Shown: positions 29,784 to 40,086 of the stretch, piece by piece
How the letters are laid out: each line of letters starts with the position of its first letter
How positions within the stretch are numbered: position 1 is the first letter of the stretch
Virus record (IMG/VR): IMGVR_UViG_3300000255_000001
Origin: an uncultured virus (IMG/VR IMGVR_UViG_3300000255_000001)
Taxonomy: Duplodnaviria > Heunggongvirae > Uroviricota > Caudoviricetes
Reading direction: 5' to 3' (one strand)
DNA length: 64,000 nucleotides
Notes under the pieces: model-generated
What the model was told of the DNA's origin: nothing
What the model saw: only the letters and a program-made list of their open reading frames with translations
Database searches by the model: none
Position numbers and translations under genes: made by a program

Positions 29784-32091
29784 TAGTAATCCCGAAATTG
29801 AAGCAATAGTAGAAGAAGCAGTTAAAATTGCTATAACACACAATCATTCTTTTGTAACTGTCGAACATATATTGTTAGCTTTATTGAAAACTGATACTTT
29901 CAAACAAATGCTAATAGACTTTGGTGCTAATTGGACGGCTTTACATGATGAATTACATATTATACTCAATACACGGTTTGTGGATATTGTTGACACTAGT
30001 GTTAGTCAACCTAAGAAAACCCATGCATTAGAAAGAGTATTTAGTAGAGCATTCACACAGGTTTTATTTAGTGGGCGACAAAAATTCCAAATAATGGATT
30101 TGTATATTAGTATTACAAATGAACCCCATTCTTATGCTACATGGGTATTACGCAAATATGATATAGAAACACAAAAATTAATAGATTTTTATAATATACA
30201 TTATTGTGGAGATGATGAAAAACAGAATATTGCTAATAAAGCAACGCAAATTCTTGAAGAATACTGCACTAATTTAAATACCCTAGTTGATAAAGGTAAA
30301 ATAGACCCTGTTATTGGACGCATGGATGAAATAAATGATATATCTGAAACATTAGCACGTAAAGCTAAAAATAATGTTATAATGGTTGGTGAACCAGGTG
30401 TTGGTAAAACAGCAGTAGTAGAAGGACTAGCGTATAGAATACAGCACAAAGATGTTCCTTCTAATTTAATAGATAACACAATTTATAGTTTAGAGATTGG
30501 TGCTTTGTTAGCGGGCAGTAAGTATAGAGGTGAATTTGAGGAAAAGGTTCGGCACGTTATTATTGCTTTAGAAAAATTAAACAATGTAATATTGTTTATT
30601 GATGAAGCACACATGATGAGTGGTGCTGGTACTAGCAGTAGTGGAAGTGGTGGTGTTGATTTTAGTAATATGCTAAAACCTGCTTTATCACGTGGACATA
30701 TTAAAGTTATAGCAAGCACAACATGGGAAGATTATAGAAAAAGTTTTGAAAAGGATCGCGCATTAATGAGACGGTTCTTTAGATTAGTCATTGATGAGCC
30801 GACTCGTGATGAAGCAATTGATATATTGATTGGTATTAAAAAATATTATGAAGAGTTTCACAATTTAGAAATTACTAATAAAGCAATTGATACAGCAGTG
30901 GACAAAAGCATTAAATTTATTGCAGATAGAAAATTGCCAGACAAGGCAATTGATTTAATAGATACTGCTTGTGCTAAACGCACAGTGAGTGGAAAAACAA
31001 ATAGAATAATAGATCACGAAGATATCTTACAGCAAGTAAGTAAAATAGCACGTATGCCAATTGACCAATTACGTACGGAAAAATCAGATAACGTTGTTCA
31101 TTTAGAAGGCAACTTGCGCGGAGTTGTATTTGGTCAAGATGAGGCAATTGATAAAATTTGTGAGAAAATATATATTGCTAAAGCAGGACTAAAGGACATT
31201 GATAAACCTACAGCATCGTTCTTGTTTACAGGTCCAACTGGTGTAGGTAAAACCGAAGTATGTAAGCAACTAGCAATATATTTAGGTGTGAAATTATTGC
31301 GTTATGATATGAGTGAGTATCAAGAACGTCACAGTGTTGCTAAACTAATTGGCGCACCACCAGGCTATGTTGGATTTGAGGATTCAGAAATGGCAGGTGG
31401 TAAACTGCTTAATGATGTTGAGAAAGATCCACATGCTATATTACTATTGGATGAAATTGAAAAAGCACACAAAGATGTTTCCAATGTATTGCTACAAATA
31501 ATGGACGGTGGTTATTTAAGTGGTAGTAATGGTAAGCGAGTTGATATGCGTAATGTTGTGTTAATTATGACATCAAACTTAGGCGCGGCCGAAATGGAAA
31601 AGAACGCAATTGGATTTGCGGGATTAGAAAAAGAAGGTGAAGATGATGTAGCAGTAGAACGATTCTTCCCACCAGAATTTAGAAATAGACTTGACGCTAT
31701 AGTGAAGTTTAATAAATTAAGTAAAGAAAGTATGTTGTTAATTGTTGATAAGTTTATTGGTGAACTTAATAGTTTAATAGTAGAGAAAAATATATTAATC
31801 AAACCTACACTTAAATTAAAAGAATATTTGTTAGATAAAGGATGGAATCCAAAAATGGGTGCTCGTCCATTAGCAAGAGTAATTAATGAAAAAATAAAAA
31901 CATCATTAGCACATAAAATACTATTCGATCAAATACATGATGTTATATTAGAAATAGACATAGATAGTAATGAAGAATTATTATTTACCACAGGGACTAC
32001 CCCTGCTAAAAAAATACCAAATGAAGTAGTAAATAAAGAAGGATATATTGTTATAGATAACTTTAAACCAAAAGACGATGCATTATTATAA
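29776..32091 (+). CDS. clpA: ATP-dependent Clp protease ATPase subunit
   Basis: Clp-N, two AAA+ modules (GEPGVGKT, GPTGVGKT), IGAPPGYVG, IGF loop, no ClpB middle domain. Confidence 0.9.
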   Translation: MFDSNPEIEAIVEEAVKIAITHNHSFVTVEHILLALLKTDTFKQMLIDFGANWTALHDELHIILNTRFVDIVDTSVSQPKKTHALERVFSRAFTQVLFSGRQKFQIMDLYISITNEPHSYATWVLRKYDIETQKLIDFYNIHYCGDDEKQNIANKATQILEEYCTNLNTLVDKGKIDPVIGRMDEINDISETLARKAKNNVIMVGEPGVGKTAVVEGLAYRIQHKDVPSNLIDNTIYSLEIGALLAGSKYRGEFEEKVRHVIIALEKLNNVILFIDEAHMMSGAGTSSSGSGGVDFSNMLKPALSRGHIKVIASTTWEDYRKSFEKDRALMRRFFRLVIDEPTRDEAIDILIGIKKYYEEFHNLEITNKAIDTAVDKSIKFIADRKLPDKAIDLIDTACAKRTVSGKTNRIIDHEDILQQVSKIARMPIDQLRTEKSDNVVHLEGNLRGVVFGQDEAIDKICEKIYIAKAGLKDIDKPTASFLFTGPTGVGKTEVCKQLAIYLGVKLLRYDMSEYQERHSVAKLIGAPPGYVGFEDSEMAGGKLLNDVEKDPHAILLLDEIEKAHKDVSNVLLQIMDGGYLSGSNGKRVDMRNVVLIMTSNLGAAEMEKNAIGFAGLEKEGEDDVAVERFFPPEFRNRLDAIVKFNKLSKESMLLIVDKFIGELNSLIVEKNILIKPTLKLKEYLLDKGWNPKMGARPLARVINEKIKTSLAHKILFDQIHDVILEIDIDSNEELLFTTGTTPAKKIPNEVVNKEGYIVIDNFKPKDDALL

Positions 32092-32800
32092 TGATTTTAA
32101 AAGAATTCCAGAACATAGACAGGATGAAACAACTAAACTTTGGTATAATAAATATCTATACAAGTCTATATATATTCTTCCTGGTGTTTATGTATTAAGA
32201 ACTAATTATTCATCATCTGATATAAAAACACATATTCAAGAATTTAAATCTTCATCGTGGCGAGCAACATTATTAAAAAATATTATTGGCAAGTATGATG
32301 AAAATGAAAAAGAGATACTTCATATTGCTAAAATATTAGAACCGTATAGGTATGATAAAACTGTATTGTTAAGAGTAGCAGAGCCCAGTGTAAGTATATT
32401 TACAAATAAATTAGATCTGCATGAAAACCTTATATACTTATTTAATGAATTTTTGCATGTCGATTGTCGCCCTCAAATTGATGCTATTCCATTTTTATTA
32501 AATAGCAAAGATTCTATAATAGTTAAAGATTTACCATATAATAGATATCGTTATAAAGTTATAATGAATAACTATACTACAACACACGAAATTCCAAAAT
32601 CTCTATTAAATTGGGGAGAGGCACAGGGCGATGCTGTTAGATTCTCTAGAAAAACAAAAATGTACTTTAATAAGCCACAATTATGGTTAGATCAAGGTTT
32701 TATGTACATTGAGGACGACACAACGCTAATGATGAGCAAAATGTTCCTGACACGTTGTCCGATACGCATTATCAAGTATGTTTTAGAGTCCGAATTATAG
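32078..32800 (+). CDS. hypothetical protein
   Basis: 240-aa ORF with an internal L(W/P)YN(K/R)Y.YK repeat. Confidence 0.6.
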   Translation: MHYYNDFKRIPEHRQDETTKLWYNKYLYKSIYILPGVYVLRTNYSSSDIKTHIQEFKSSSWRATLLKNIIGKYDENEKEILHIAKILEPYRYDKTVLLRVAEPSVSIFTNKLDLHENLIYLFNEFLHVDCRPQIDAIPFLLNSKDSIIVKDLPYNRYRYKVIMNNYTTTHEIPKSLLNWGEAQGDAVRFSRKTKMYFNKPQLWLDQGFMYIEDDTTLMMSKMFLTRCPIRIIKYVLESEL

Positions 32801-32822
32801 CCAAAATCGTATAAATATATGC

Positions 32823-32987
32823 ATGGCTAAGATCAATGAAGATATGGTAGTAATCAAAGTTAGTGAATTACTCAAAGATAGCGAGAACGAATCCCCAATT
32901 ATGGACGAGGAGTTTGTTGGTACTTTAGAAGGCGTAGTTCAAGAATTAGTAGGTGCCGGAAGACTAATTGAAATTATAAAGGAATAA
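32823..32987 (+). CDS. small acidic protein (54 aa, not in ORF track)
   Basis: MAKINEDMVVIKVSELLKD...LEGVVQELVGAGRLIEI, with TAAATA-N5-ATG. Confidence 0.6.
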   Translation: MAKINEDMVVIKVSELLKDSENESPIMDEEFVGTLEGVVQELVGAGRLIEIIKE

Positions 32988-32988
32988 C

Positions 32989-33558
32989 ATGGCAGATAGT
33001 ATTATACTTTTCCCCAGTAAATCGCATATTGCGAATAAGGCTGGCACAGTAGTTACTTTTAACGCAACAAATAAGACTTTAGTATCCAGTAATACTGGAA
33101 CTATAGCATTCACTGACTTTGTAGACGGTGATATTGTTGTAGTTACAGGTAGTGTAAGTAATAATGCAACATTTACTGTCAGCGGATCACCTACAGCAAC
33201 AACTCTCACTGTTTTAGAGACAGTAACAACAGAAGCGGCAGGCGCAAGTGTAACAGTTGATCATCAAGGTGCTTATAGTGGAAAACAAAAAGCAGATGGT
33301 TATTATGGTTATACTGATGGTTTGCATACTTCAGCATTTCATTTAAATGCATATATAGGAGTTGTTAAAATGCAAGCATCCCTAGCATCAACACCAACTA
33401 AAGATGATTGGTTTGATGTAGATGCTACTAGTGCAACATACGCATCCGCAGAAACGTCCAACAAAGGATACAACTATACAGGTAACTTTGTTTGGGTTCG
33501 TGCCGCACTAACGGGAATGACAGCAGGCTCTGTCACCAAAGTCCTTTATAATTACTAA
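32989..33558 (+). CDS. probable virion structural protein
   Basis: T/S/G-rich beta protein, KADGYYG.TDGLHT, NYTGNFVWVRA. Confidence 0.55.
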   Translation: MADSIILFPSKSHIANKAGTVVTFNATNKTLVSSNTGTIAFTDFVDGDIVVVTGSVSNNATFTVSGSPTATTLTVLETVTTEAAGASVTVDHQGAYSGKQKADGYYGYTDGLHTSAFHLNAYIGVVKMQASLASTPTKDDWFDVDATSATYASAETSNKGYNYTGNFVWVRAALTGMTAGSVTKVLYNY

Positions 33559-33562
33559 TTTT

Positions 33563-34450
33563 ATGACCCATTTTATTCGCTTAATTACAAACGAACACGA
33601 CAACACGGCTACCGCAAATTTCGCCGCAACTGTTGCGACCAATACTGATACTAATTTGTATGAGTCCGATGACGAACACAGTTATATGGATTTGGCAGAA
33701 TATGACACACCTGAAGGTAGTGTTGTAGAGATTACATTATCAGAAGAATTAAGTGATGACCAGTTAGATAAGATAATAGAACAAATTACATTAGAAGATT
33801 ACGAAATACAAGCAAGTTTAACAGAAGCAACTAATGACAAATTAGTTGTAATATATCCTGGACGATTCCATCCTTTCCACAAAGGTCACGCAAGCGTTTA
33901 TAAAGATTTAGTAAGAAAATATGGTGCAACTGCTGACGTGTGGATAGCAACTAGTGGAAAACAAGAACCAGGTAAATCACCATTTTCGTTTGAAGAAAAA
34001 CGAGAAATGATATCTACTACAGGAATTGATCCACAAGTAGTAGTAAGAACAACACAGCCTTATAAGGCAGAAGAGATTACAAGTAAGTACGATATGAACA
34101 ATACTGTCGTGTTATACGCTGTAAGCGAAAAAGACATGGCAGAAGACCCAAGATTCAATTTTCCTACCAAAGGTCCTAATCTTAAGAAAGATCTTCAACC
34201 AGCACACATGCAACGATGGAATGGGTGGGATAACGCGAAGTCACTGACTGATCATAGTTATGTGACTACTGTACCAACAATTACATTTAATGTTATGGGT
34301 GAGCCGGCACGAAGCGCCACCGAAATTCGTCAACGATTTCCAAATTTATCAAGCGATCAGCAAAAAACATTTATAAATGATTTGTTCGGGAACTATTCTG
34401 ATAGTGTTTTGAACACTATGAGAAATAAATTAGGAGATAATAATGAGTGA
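33563..34450 (+). CDS. HIGH-family (cytidylyltransferase-like) nucleotidyltransferase with acidic N-terminal extension
   Basis: VIYPGRFHPFHKGH, SPFSFEEK, SATEIR. Confidence 0.8.
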   Translation: MTHFIRLITNEHDNTATANFAATVATNTDTNLYESDDEHSYMDLAEYDTPEGSVVEITLSEELSDDQLDKIIEQITLEDYEIQASLTEATNDKLVVIYPGRFHPFHKGHASVYKDLVRKYGATADVWIATSGKQEPGKSPFSFEEKREMISTTGIDPQVVVRTTQPYKAEEITSKYDMNNTVVLYAVSEKDMAEDPRFNFPTKGPNLKKDLQPAHMQRWNGWDNAKSLTDHSYVTTVPTITFNVMGEPARSATEIRQRFPNLSSDQQKTFINDLFGNYSDSVLNTMRNKLGDNNE

Positions 34451-34574
34451 TAAACAAAAGAAAATTGCTATGATAGTTGCCGCAGTATTAGTGGTAGGCT
34501 TTCTAGGTGATTGGCTAGGTTATTGGGAAATGACAGCATGGATCCCAACAGGTGGGCCTGAAGGCGGACAATAA
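34443..34574 (+). CDS. small membrane protein (43 aa, not in ORF track)
   Basis: SD AGGAG, MSDKQKKIAMIVAAVLVVGFLGDWLGYW... Confidence 0.5.
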   Translation: MSDKQKKIAMIVAAVLVVGFLGDWLGYWEMTAWIPTGGPEGGQ

Positions 34575-34590
34575 TTAAAACATTATATTG

Positions 34591-34617
34591 AGTGGGTACG
34601 GATTGTGCCCACTTTTT
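34591..34617 (+). terminator. Rho-independent terminator
   Basis: AGTGGGTAC-GGATT-GTGCCCACT followed by a T run. Confidence 0.75.
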
Positions 34618-34671
34618 ATATGTATTAATTTTAAGCTCTATCTCAACTTAACAAAGGAGAAATGAAATAAG

Positions 34672-34899
34672 ATGGATATTTTAGGTAAAGTAAAAGGATG
34701 GGCACGTGGCATCATTGATGTCGGTGTTGTAGCAATTGCTCTATCCGTAGTATTACAAGTATTATTTGGCGGCACAGTACCTTTCTTGGGTGTTGACGTA
34801 GTCGGTAATATTACTGGTCTAGTTAGTTCACTAGGTAGTCAGGGACTAGTAGGTTTAGTAGCCTTAGCAGTTCTTTACTGGTGTTTTAACAAGGACTAA
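34672..34899 (+). CDS. small Gly/Val-rich membrane protein, paralog of 62334..62567
   Basis: DVVGNITGLVSSLGSQGLVGLVA, SD AGGAG. Confidence 0.75.
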   Translation: MDILGKVKGWARGIIDVGVVAIALSVVLQVLFGGTVPFLGVDVVGNITGLVSSLGSQGLVGLVALAVLYWCFNKD

Positions 34900-34917
34900 T
34901 TAAAAGTTTTATTGGGG

Positions 34918-34943
34918 AAAGGCCTGATTTACGGGCCTTTTTT
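34918..34943 (+). terminator. Rho-independent terminator
   Basis: AAAGGCCTG-ATTTA-CGGGCCTTT-TTT. Confidence 0.75.
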
Positions 34944-34953
34944 CATGGGTAAA

Positions 34954-35019
34954 ATGTAAGTCATTGATCTCATTGACTTTTTCTTTTTATATATCTTCAA
35001 TAAAATCAAGTACTTACAT
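34954..35019. repeat. 23-bp imperfect inverted repeat containing IHF-like sites
   Basis: ATGTAAGTCATTGATCTCATTGA ... TCAATAAAATCAAGTACTTACAT (19/23 match, 20-bp spacer). AATCAAGTACTTA fits WATCAANNNNTTR. Confidence 0.7.
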
Positions 35020-35031
35020 GCCCATAAAAGA

Positions 35032-35059
35032 TAGACTAGATCGCTCGATATGCTATAAT
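35032..35059 (+). promoter_or_regulatory. sigma70-type (early) promoter
   Basis: TAGACT-N16-TATAAT with extended TG. Confidence 0.6.
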
Positions 35060-35156
35060 AGTGGTATAGATTAAAAGAGGGGTATGGGATTACCCACACT
35101 CTTTCAACAGTGCCAACCAGGTTGCGGTGCCCCTCACTTTCTCCCAAGGAAAACAA

Positions 35157-35333
35157 ATGTCAATACCAGCAGATATGCTCCGCGATATAGAACGTGAGAG
35201 AAACTTTGAAAAAAATGAACGCAACAAGGAACGTGAAGCCTTGTGTCGTGCCGTTGCCAATTCAGCAGTACAGAAAGCGTTGGCGGCAAAACAATTGGAT
35301 CAACTGGCGGCCGCGCTCAAGGGGATGAAATAA
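35157..35333 (+). CDS. hypothetical protein
   Basis: SD AAGGA, TAATG-coupled to next gene. Confidence 0.5.
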   Translation: MSIPADMLRDIERERNFEKNERNKEREALCRAVANSAVQKALAAKQLDQLAAALKGMK

Positions 35334-35593
35334 TGGCACAGCGATTTGATGTGTTGGTTGACTTTGAAAACGAAGTTACCGGCGAGGTTTTCAGTAGAGT
35401 TATGGAAACCTTCAGAGGCATATCTAACGAGGACCGTATAGAAGATTTACGATCCACCTTACAGTCTGGTGCTGATGCATCGGCGAGACGGGCCGCGGTA
35501 TATGCCATAACAGCGTATGCTCCGGTAGACGCAGATATGGAAAACATTTGGGGCGAAACTTTTTGGGATCGTGCCTTAGTAGGAGTGGCGTAA
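35333..35593 (+). CDS. hypothetical protein
   Basis: TAATG coupling at both ends. Confidence 0.55.
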   Translation: MAQRFDVLVDFENEVTGEVFSRVMETFRGISNEDRIEDLRSTLQSGADASARRAAVYAITAYAPVDADMENIWGETFWDRALVGVA

Positions 35594-36393
35594 TGGGAAA
35601 GCTTAAAAAACGTGATACATTATTTGCCGGTAAAATTTACCGTATGTATCGCAAAAGTGAAGCAATGATTGAAACGCCATTGGCTATTCAATTAGCCTGC
35701 ACCGCATATCGTTTGAATAAACGAACCCACATTAAGAGCCAAGAAGCATACTATGCCGCGTTAGATGCAAAGTATGAAAAGCATGTTGAGCATCAGAAAG
35801 GTATATCGAGCAACGTGGATCGCGTCCAAATAATGGCAAACAGAGATCATATGGTTCTCGCATATGATGATCTGCAGGAAGGGAGAGAGGTGGAAATTAC
35901 TGCCAAGGATAAAGAATTGGCAGAAGACATAACCTCTTACTTTCAAGGGTTGTTGTTTAAGCAGTTAAGCGGCAAAATGAGTGACTTTAACCAAACAATA
36001 CTTAAAGTTATAAACGAGGAACGAATACCAATTAATGAATTTGGATTGGTAGCATCGTTGCCCAAAGCCTTTTACAATTCTAAAAAATGGGATAAAGCGG
36101 CAGAGGTAGAACGCGATCTTGCTGATGTTAGTGATTATACTGGCACGGAAGGCAAAAGATGTAATTTTGACCTTCAAGTAGTAAGTACTCGTTACATTCC
36201 TAATCATAATTGTACCATTGTTACCTGTGTTGATGAAGATAATAATGTTGTAAAATTCTTCACCCATGACTTTGCTATGAATAGTGAACCCGGTGATAAA
36301 TTTGAAATTGCTGGATTTGTTAAAAGCCACGAAGTAAGCAAATACACTGGTGGTAGGGAAACAATGATTAATCGAGTGAAGTTGCGTATATAA
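35593..36393 (+). CDS. hypothetical protein with C-terminal OB-fold-like segment
   Basis: YTGTEGKR...VVKFF...GFVKSHEVSKY...ETMINRVK. Confidence 0.6.
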   Translation: MGKLKKRDTLFAGKIYRMYRKSEAMIETPLAIQLACTAYRLNKRTHIKSQEAYYAALDAKYEKHVEHQKGISSNVDRVQIMANRDHMVLAYDDLQEGREVEITAKDKELAEDITSYFQGLLFKQLSGKMSDFNQTILKVINEERIPINEFGLVASLPKAFYNSKKWDKAAEVERDLADVSDYTGTEGKRCNFDLQVVSTRYIPNHNCTIVTCVDEDNNVVKFFTHDFAMNSEPGDKFEIAGFVKSHEVSKYTGGRETMINRVKLRI

Positions 36394-36467
36394 TTTAACA
36401 TTTTGTATAAATATGAGCAACCAGTTACTAACTGGTTTTCATGAAAACCCGTGGGAGAAAATACAAA

Positions 36468-37016
36468 ATGGTAGAATGGTTAAAATTTACGTTTACTACT
36501 GAGGATGCGTTTAGATCACGTATCGTTCAAAAAGTAAATGGTGTTGTGCCGCAACACGAACCAGGCGTTGATCAAAATTTTTACATAGGCAGTGGTCATG
36601 AGGATCCTACTTTGGATAGACCTAGCCACTCATTCCATGTTCAATGTACTGATACTATGGAAAGCAATCCTGGTACACATAATGTACAATTTGATCTATT
36701 GGCAGCTGAAAACGAAACCCCATCCGTTAAATTAGAATCAATTAACATCGAAGGTGTGGATTATGGTCTAGCAGATATGTTACTAGCACCATACCTAAAA
36801 ATATACACTCATATAGATGACGCTATGCAAATATTATTAGATACCGATATTCTTGTAGCAGGTAGTATTGAAACTGTAGATTTTGGATATGGATCATATA
36901 CATATAGCAAATGTGAATGGCCTGATAATGCAGGCCTTATATGCGGCAAAGGATCCTGGACTTTTCAGTTTGATAGTCCATTAGAACCTTGGATGCGTAG
37001 CATCAATAATAACTAA
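36468..37016 (+). CDS. acidic hypothetical protein (paralog family)
   Basis: LESINIEG, C-terminal GSWTFQFDSPLEPW. Confidence 0.6.
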   Translation: MVEWLKFTFTTEDAFRSRIVQKVNGVVPQHEPGVDQNFYIGSGHEDPTLDRPSHSFHVQCTDTMESNPGTHNVQFDLLAAENETPSVKLESINIEGVDYGLADMLLAPYLKIYTHIDDAMQILLDTDILVAGSIETVDFGYGSYTYSKCEWPDNAGLICGKGSWTFQFDSPLEPWMRSINNN

Positions 37017-37115
37017 ACGGCAAATACGCACATCGAATAATTTATAAAATTATTCAGAAATATAAAAATGCGGTCATTATTTGACCGTATTTTTTTAACT
37101 AAAATAAATACTAGC

Positions 37116-37760
37116 ATGAATGAACCTTTTAAAATTAAATTATATTTTGAACCAGAACATTTAGTTCGCGTTGATGAAATCATTAGTCCTACGCTAAAAA
37201 TTGAATTTGATAATAATATCATAGATGAAAAATTTATAGTGAAGAAAGATAGTGAAGATACACAACTTCCTGCTTGGACCGGCCTGTCGGATGACGATCC
37301 CGGCATGGTGAATGCTAAAAATGAATATGAAAAATATGTAACAACAGAATTTACTGTAGACTTAGATGATGATGTTGATATGGAACATAATTTAAAGTTA
37401 TCGCCAAATTGGAATTTTACTCATATTGATAGTATCAAAGAACTTGATAAAGAAACAGGATTTAACGAAGATTTTGGTGTGTTTGTGAGAGATATAGAAA
37501 TTAACGAAATATCTGTATCAAGTCTTATATATGACACTAGTGTAATTTCTGTACCATTATGTTTGGAAGAGAACTATGCAGATGATGGATTTATTCAACA
37601 TCATCTTGTTCCGGAAGGATTAACAGATAAATTACAAATAATAGATGGCAGATATTGGTATACATCCACTGGTGATTATGTTCATATGCCAGGATCTACT
37701 ATGAATTTCACTTTTAAAACACCTCTTTATCTTTGGTTATTAGAACTATTATTGCAGTAA
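37116..37760 (+). CDS. acidic hypothetical protein (paralog family)
   Basis: VRDIEINE, C-terminal FTFKTPLYLWL, TAAATA-N5-ATG. Confidence 0.65.
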   Translation: MNEPFKIKLYFEPEHLVRVDEIISPTLKIEFDNNIIDEKFIVKKDSEDTQLPAWTGLSDDDPGMVNAKNEYEKYVTTEFTVDLDDDVDMEHNLKLSPNWNFTHIDSIKELDKETGFNEDFGVFVRDIEINEISVSSLIYDTSVISVPLCLEENYADDGFIQHHLVPEGLTDKLQIIDGRYWYTSTGDYVHMPGSTMNFTFKTPLYLWLLELLLQ

Positions 37761-37761
37761 A

Positions 37762-38589
37762 ATGGCCTTTACAGTTCACTTCAGTACTACCTTTGATTGG
37801 ACTGGAAGTAAGTTTCCTGATTTAAAATACAAGATACTATGTAACGATGGATTAATACGTGGTGAATCGTTAGCAGATTGGAGTACTCCTCAACATCCTA
37901 TTGAACAAGTACCGCATATAGGCGATCAATATAATACGTCGATTGATTCTGGTGGATGGAAAGGTGAACAACATTATAAATTCAAAGTAGATATTGACGA
38001 CAACATAGAGAATGACTATACATTAATAATAGAACATTCCAATGCTGTATATCCTGACGATTATGTAAAGGGCGATTTTGGCGTCAATATAAAATATTTA
38101 GATATATGTGGTATAGATTTGTGCGACTTAATACACAGACGTGGTCACGTATATTTAGATTGCACTAATAATCCATATTACACGTATAGTCAAATTAATA
38201 ATGACAATAGACGCGGCCGGCACAAGCGAGGCGAAGTGTTTATTATTGAAGATTTTAGATTATTACACTTTAGGCACAGCAACGTACAAGGAAACAACCC
38301 ACGTGTGTTTAATAATGTAACAGGAGAGTTTACACAATACACTGGCTATTATATAGCTAATAGCGGTTATATATTAAAAGGGAAAAATTTGTATTATGAT
38401 TGTACCAATGATATTCATTTTATAGCAGATAACGCTAAGAATCCTAATTTATATGTAGAAGAGAATAAGTTAATACATCACATACCTAATGATGCTACTA
38501 TTAGTTTAAACGGCAAATGGGTAATAAACTTTAAAACGCCGTTTTATGCGTGGGTGTCAGATAATATATTTGGAGATGATTTAGCGTGA
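37762..38589 (+). CDS. hypothetical protein (paralog family)
   Basis: DFGVNIKYLDICG, C-terminal GKWVINFKTPFYAWV. Confidence 0.6.
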   Translation: MAFTVHFSTTFDWTGSKFPDLKYKILCNDGLIRGESLADWSTPQHPIEQVPHIGDQYNTSIDSGGWKGEQHYKFKVDIDDNIENDYTLIIEHSNAVYPDDYVKGDFGVNIKYLDICGIDLCDLIHRRGHVYLDCTNNPYYTYSQINNDNRRGRHKRGEVFIIEDFRLLHFRHSNVQGNNPRVFNNVTGEFTQYTGYYIANSGYILKGKNLYYDCTNDIHFIADNAKNPNLYVEENKLIHHIPNDATISLNGKWVINFKTPFYAWVSDNIFGDDLA

Positions 38590-38961
38590 AGGTGGCTGTG
38601 GGTTGTTAGCAGGATTAGAATCGTGTTTAGTGATAGTGTTTATTCCTACATGCCCTAGTGCCAATAATTCTTGTTCTATTTCATCAGCAATAGTTTTATC
38701 ATATATCTCATCACCATTTACATAAATGCTATAAACTTTTTGATATTTTTCTTTTTTCTTTGGATTAGTAATAGTATCTATAGTCCAATTATATAATGGA
38801 TAATCTTCAACACCTTCTTGTTCAGCTTCTCTACAATATCCAGCAAACAAATCATACTGACACATAGGAACGGCGTTGTAAGTATTTAATAATGAGGTTA
38901 CTTCTGAAGGCATTTCTCCAGGAATATCTAAAGTAAACCTTATTTGGTATTGCCAAGCCAT
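38581..38961 (-). CDS. hypothetical protein
   Basis: 126-aa ORF directly downstream of guaC. Confidence 0.65.
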   Translation of the reverse strand: MAWQYQIRFTLDIPGEMPSEVTSLLNTYNAVPMCQYDLFAGYCREAEQEGVEDYPLYNWTIDTITNPKKKEKYQKVYSIYVNGDEIYDKTIADEIEQELLALGHVGINTITKHDSNPANNPQPPSR

Positions 38962-38962
38962 G

Positions 38963-40027
38963 TTAATCTCCTACTGTGTTTTGTAAGTAAACAGTATTAT
39001 ATGTAGTATTAACTAAGACAAATGTTGCAGATTTGGGTATATCTTTAATACGACGAGCACCAATATATGTGCAAGCACTACGCACACCACCAAGTATTTC
39101 TACTACAGTGTGTTCTACTGGGCCACGAGCATCTAATCTAATATGACGCCCTTCAGAACTTCTATATCCATCTTTACGTGTGCCGTGTTCCTGCATTGCG
39201 CGATTGGAACTCATACCGTAAAACTCATATTGCCCTGCAACTTCAGATAGTTCACTCTCATCATGTCCAGCAAGCATTCCACCTAACATAACAAAGTCAG
39301 CGCCGGCACCAAATGCTTTAGCAACATCACCAGGCTCTGTGCAACCACCATCTGCTATAATATGCCCGCCTAATCCATGTGCGGCATCAGCACATTCCAT
39401 AATACCACTTAATTGTGGCATACCAACACCGGTCATTATTCGTGTTGTGCATACTGAGCCAGGCCCGATACCGCATTTTACAATATCGGCACCAGCAATA
39501 CATAATTGCTCAGTCATTTCACCTGTAATAACATTACCTGCTATGATAATCTTTTTAGGAAACCTTTCTCTCACTTCTCTCACAAAATCTGAAAAGTTTT
39601 GCTGATAGCCATTGGCAACATCAATACAAATAAATTTAATATCAGGCCAACGTGTAAGTATTTCTTGTGCTTTTTTGTAATCTTCTGCATCTGGATCAAA
39701 TATAGCATTGGTTCCTGTGCTAACTGCTATATTACTTAAACTCATACCATGCCCTACTGCATTTTCCCAATCTTCTATTGTGTAATGCTTTTTAATAATC
39801 GTTAACATATTGTAGTTTTGCAATACGTTTGCCATTGAAAAGGTACCTACACCATCCATGTTGGACGCCATAATAGGAACACCTGACCATGATTCTCTAG
39901 TGTCATTCCAGTGTCTAAATGTAAAGTCACGTTCTATCGTAACGCTACGCCTACTGGATAGCGTAGAACGTTTAGGTTTTAGTAAGACGTCTTTGTAGTC
40001 TAGTTTAATGTCTGTTTCTATTCTCAT
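38963..40027 (-). CDS. guaC: GMP reductase
   Basis: [65 protein letters not shown]. Confidence 0.95.
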   Translation of the reverse strand: MRIETDIKLDYKDVLLKPKRSTLSSRRSVTIERDFTFRHWNDTRESWSGVPIMASNMDGVGTFSMANVLQNYNMLTIIKKHYTIEDWENAVGHGMSLSNIAVSTGTNAIFDPDAEDYKKAQEILTRWPDIKFICIDVANGYQQNFSDFVREVRERFPKKIIIAGNVITGEMTEQLCIAGADIVKCGIGPGSVCTTRIMTGVGMPQLSGIMECADAAHGLGGHIIADGGCTEPGDVAKAFGAGADFVMLGGMLAGHDESELSEVAGQYEFYGMSSNRAMQEHGTRKDGYRSSEGRHIRLDARGPVEHTVVEILGGVRSACTYIGARRIKDIPKSATFVLVNTTYNTVYLQNTVGD

Positions 40028-40033
40028 ACGTAT

Positions 40034-40062
40034 ATTATATAGTGTTTCTATTTACCAGTCAA
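40034..40062 (-). promoter_or_regulatory. sigma70-type promoter of guaC
   Basis: Minus strand reads TTGACT-N17-TATAAT-N6-ATG. Confidence 0.75.
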
Positions 40063-40086
40063 GTAATAATCGAAATAAATACATAT

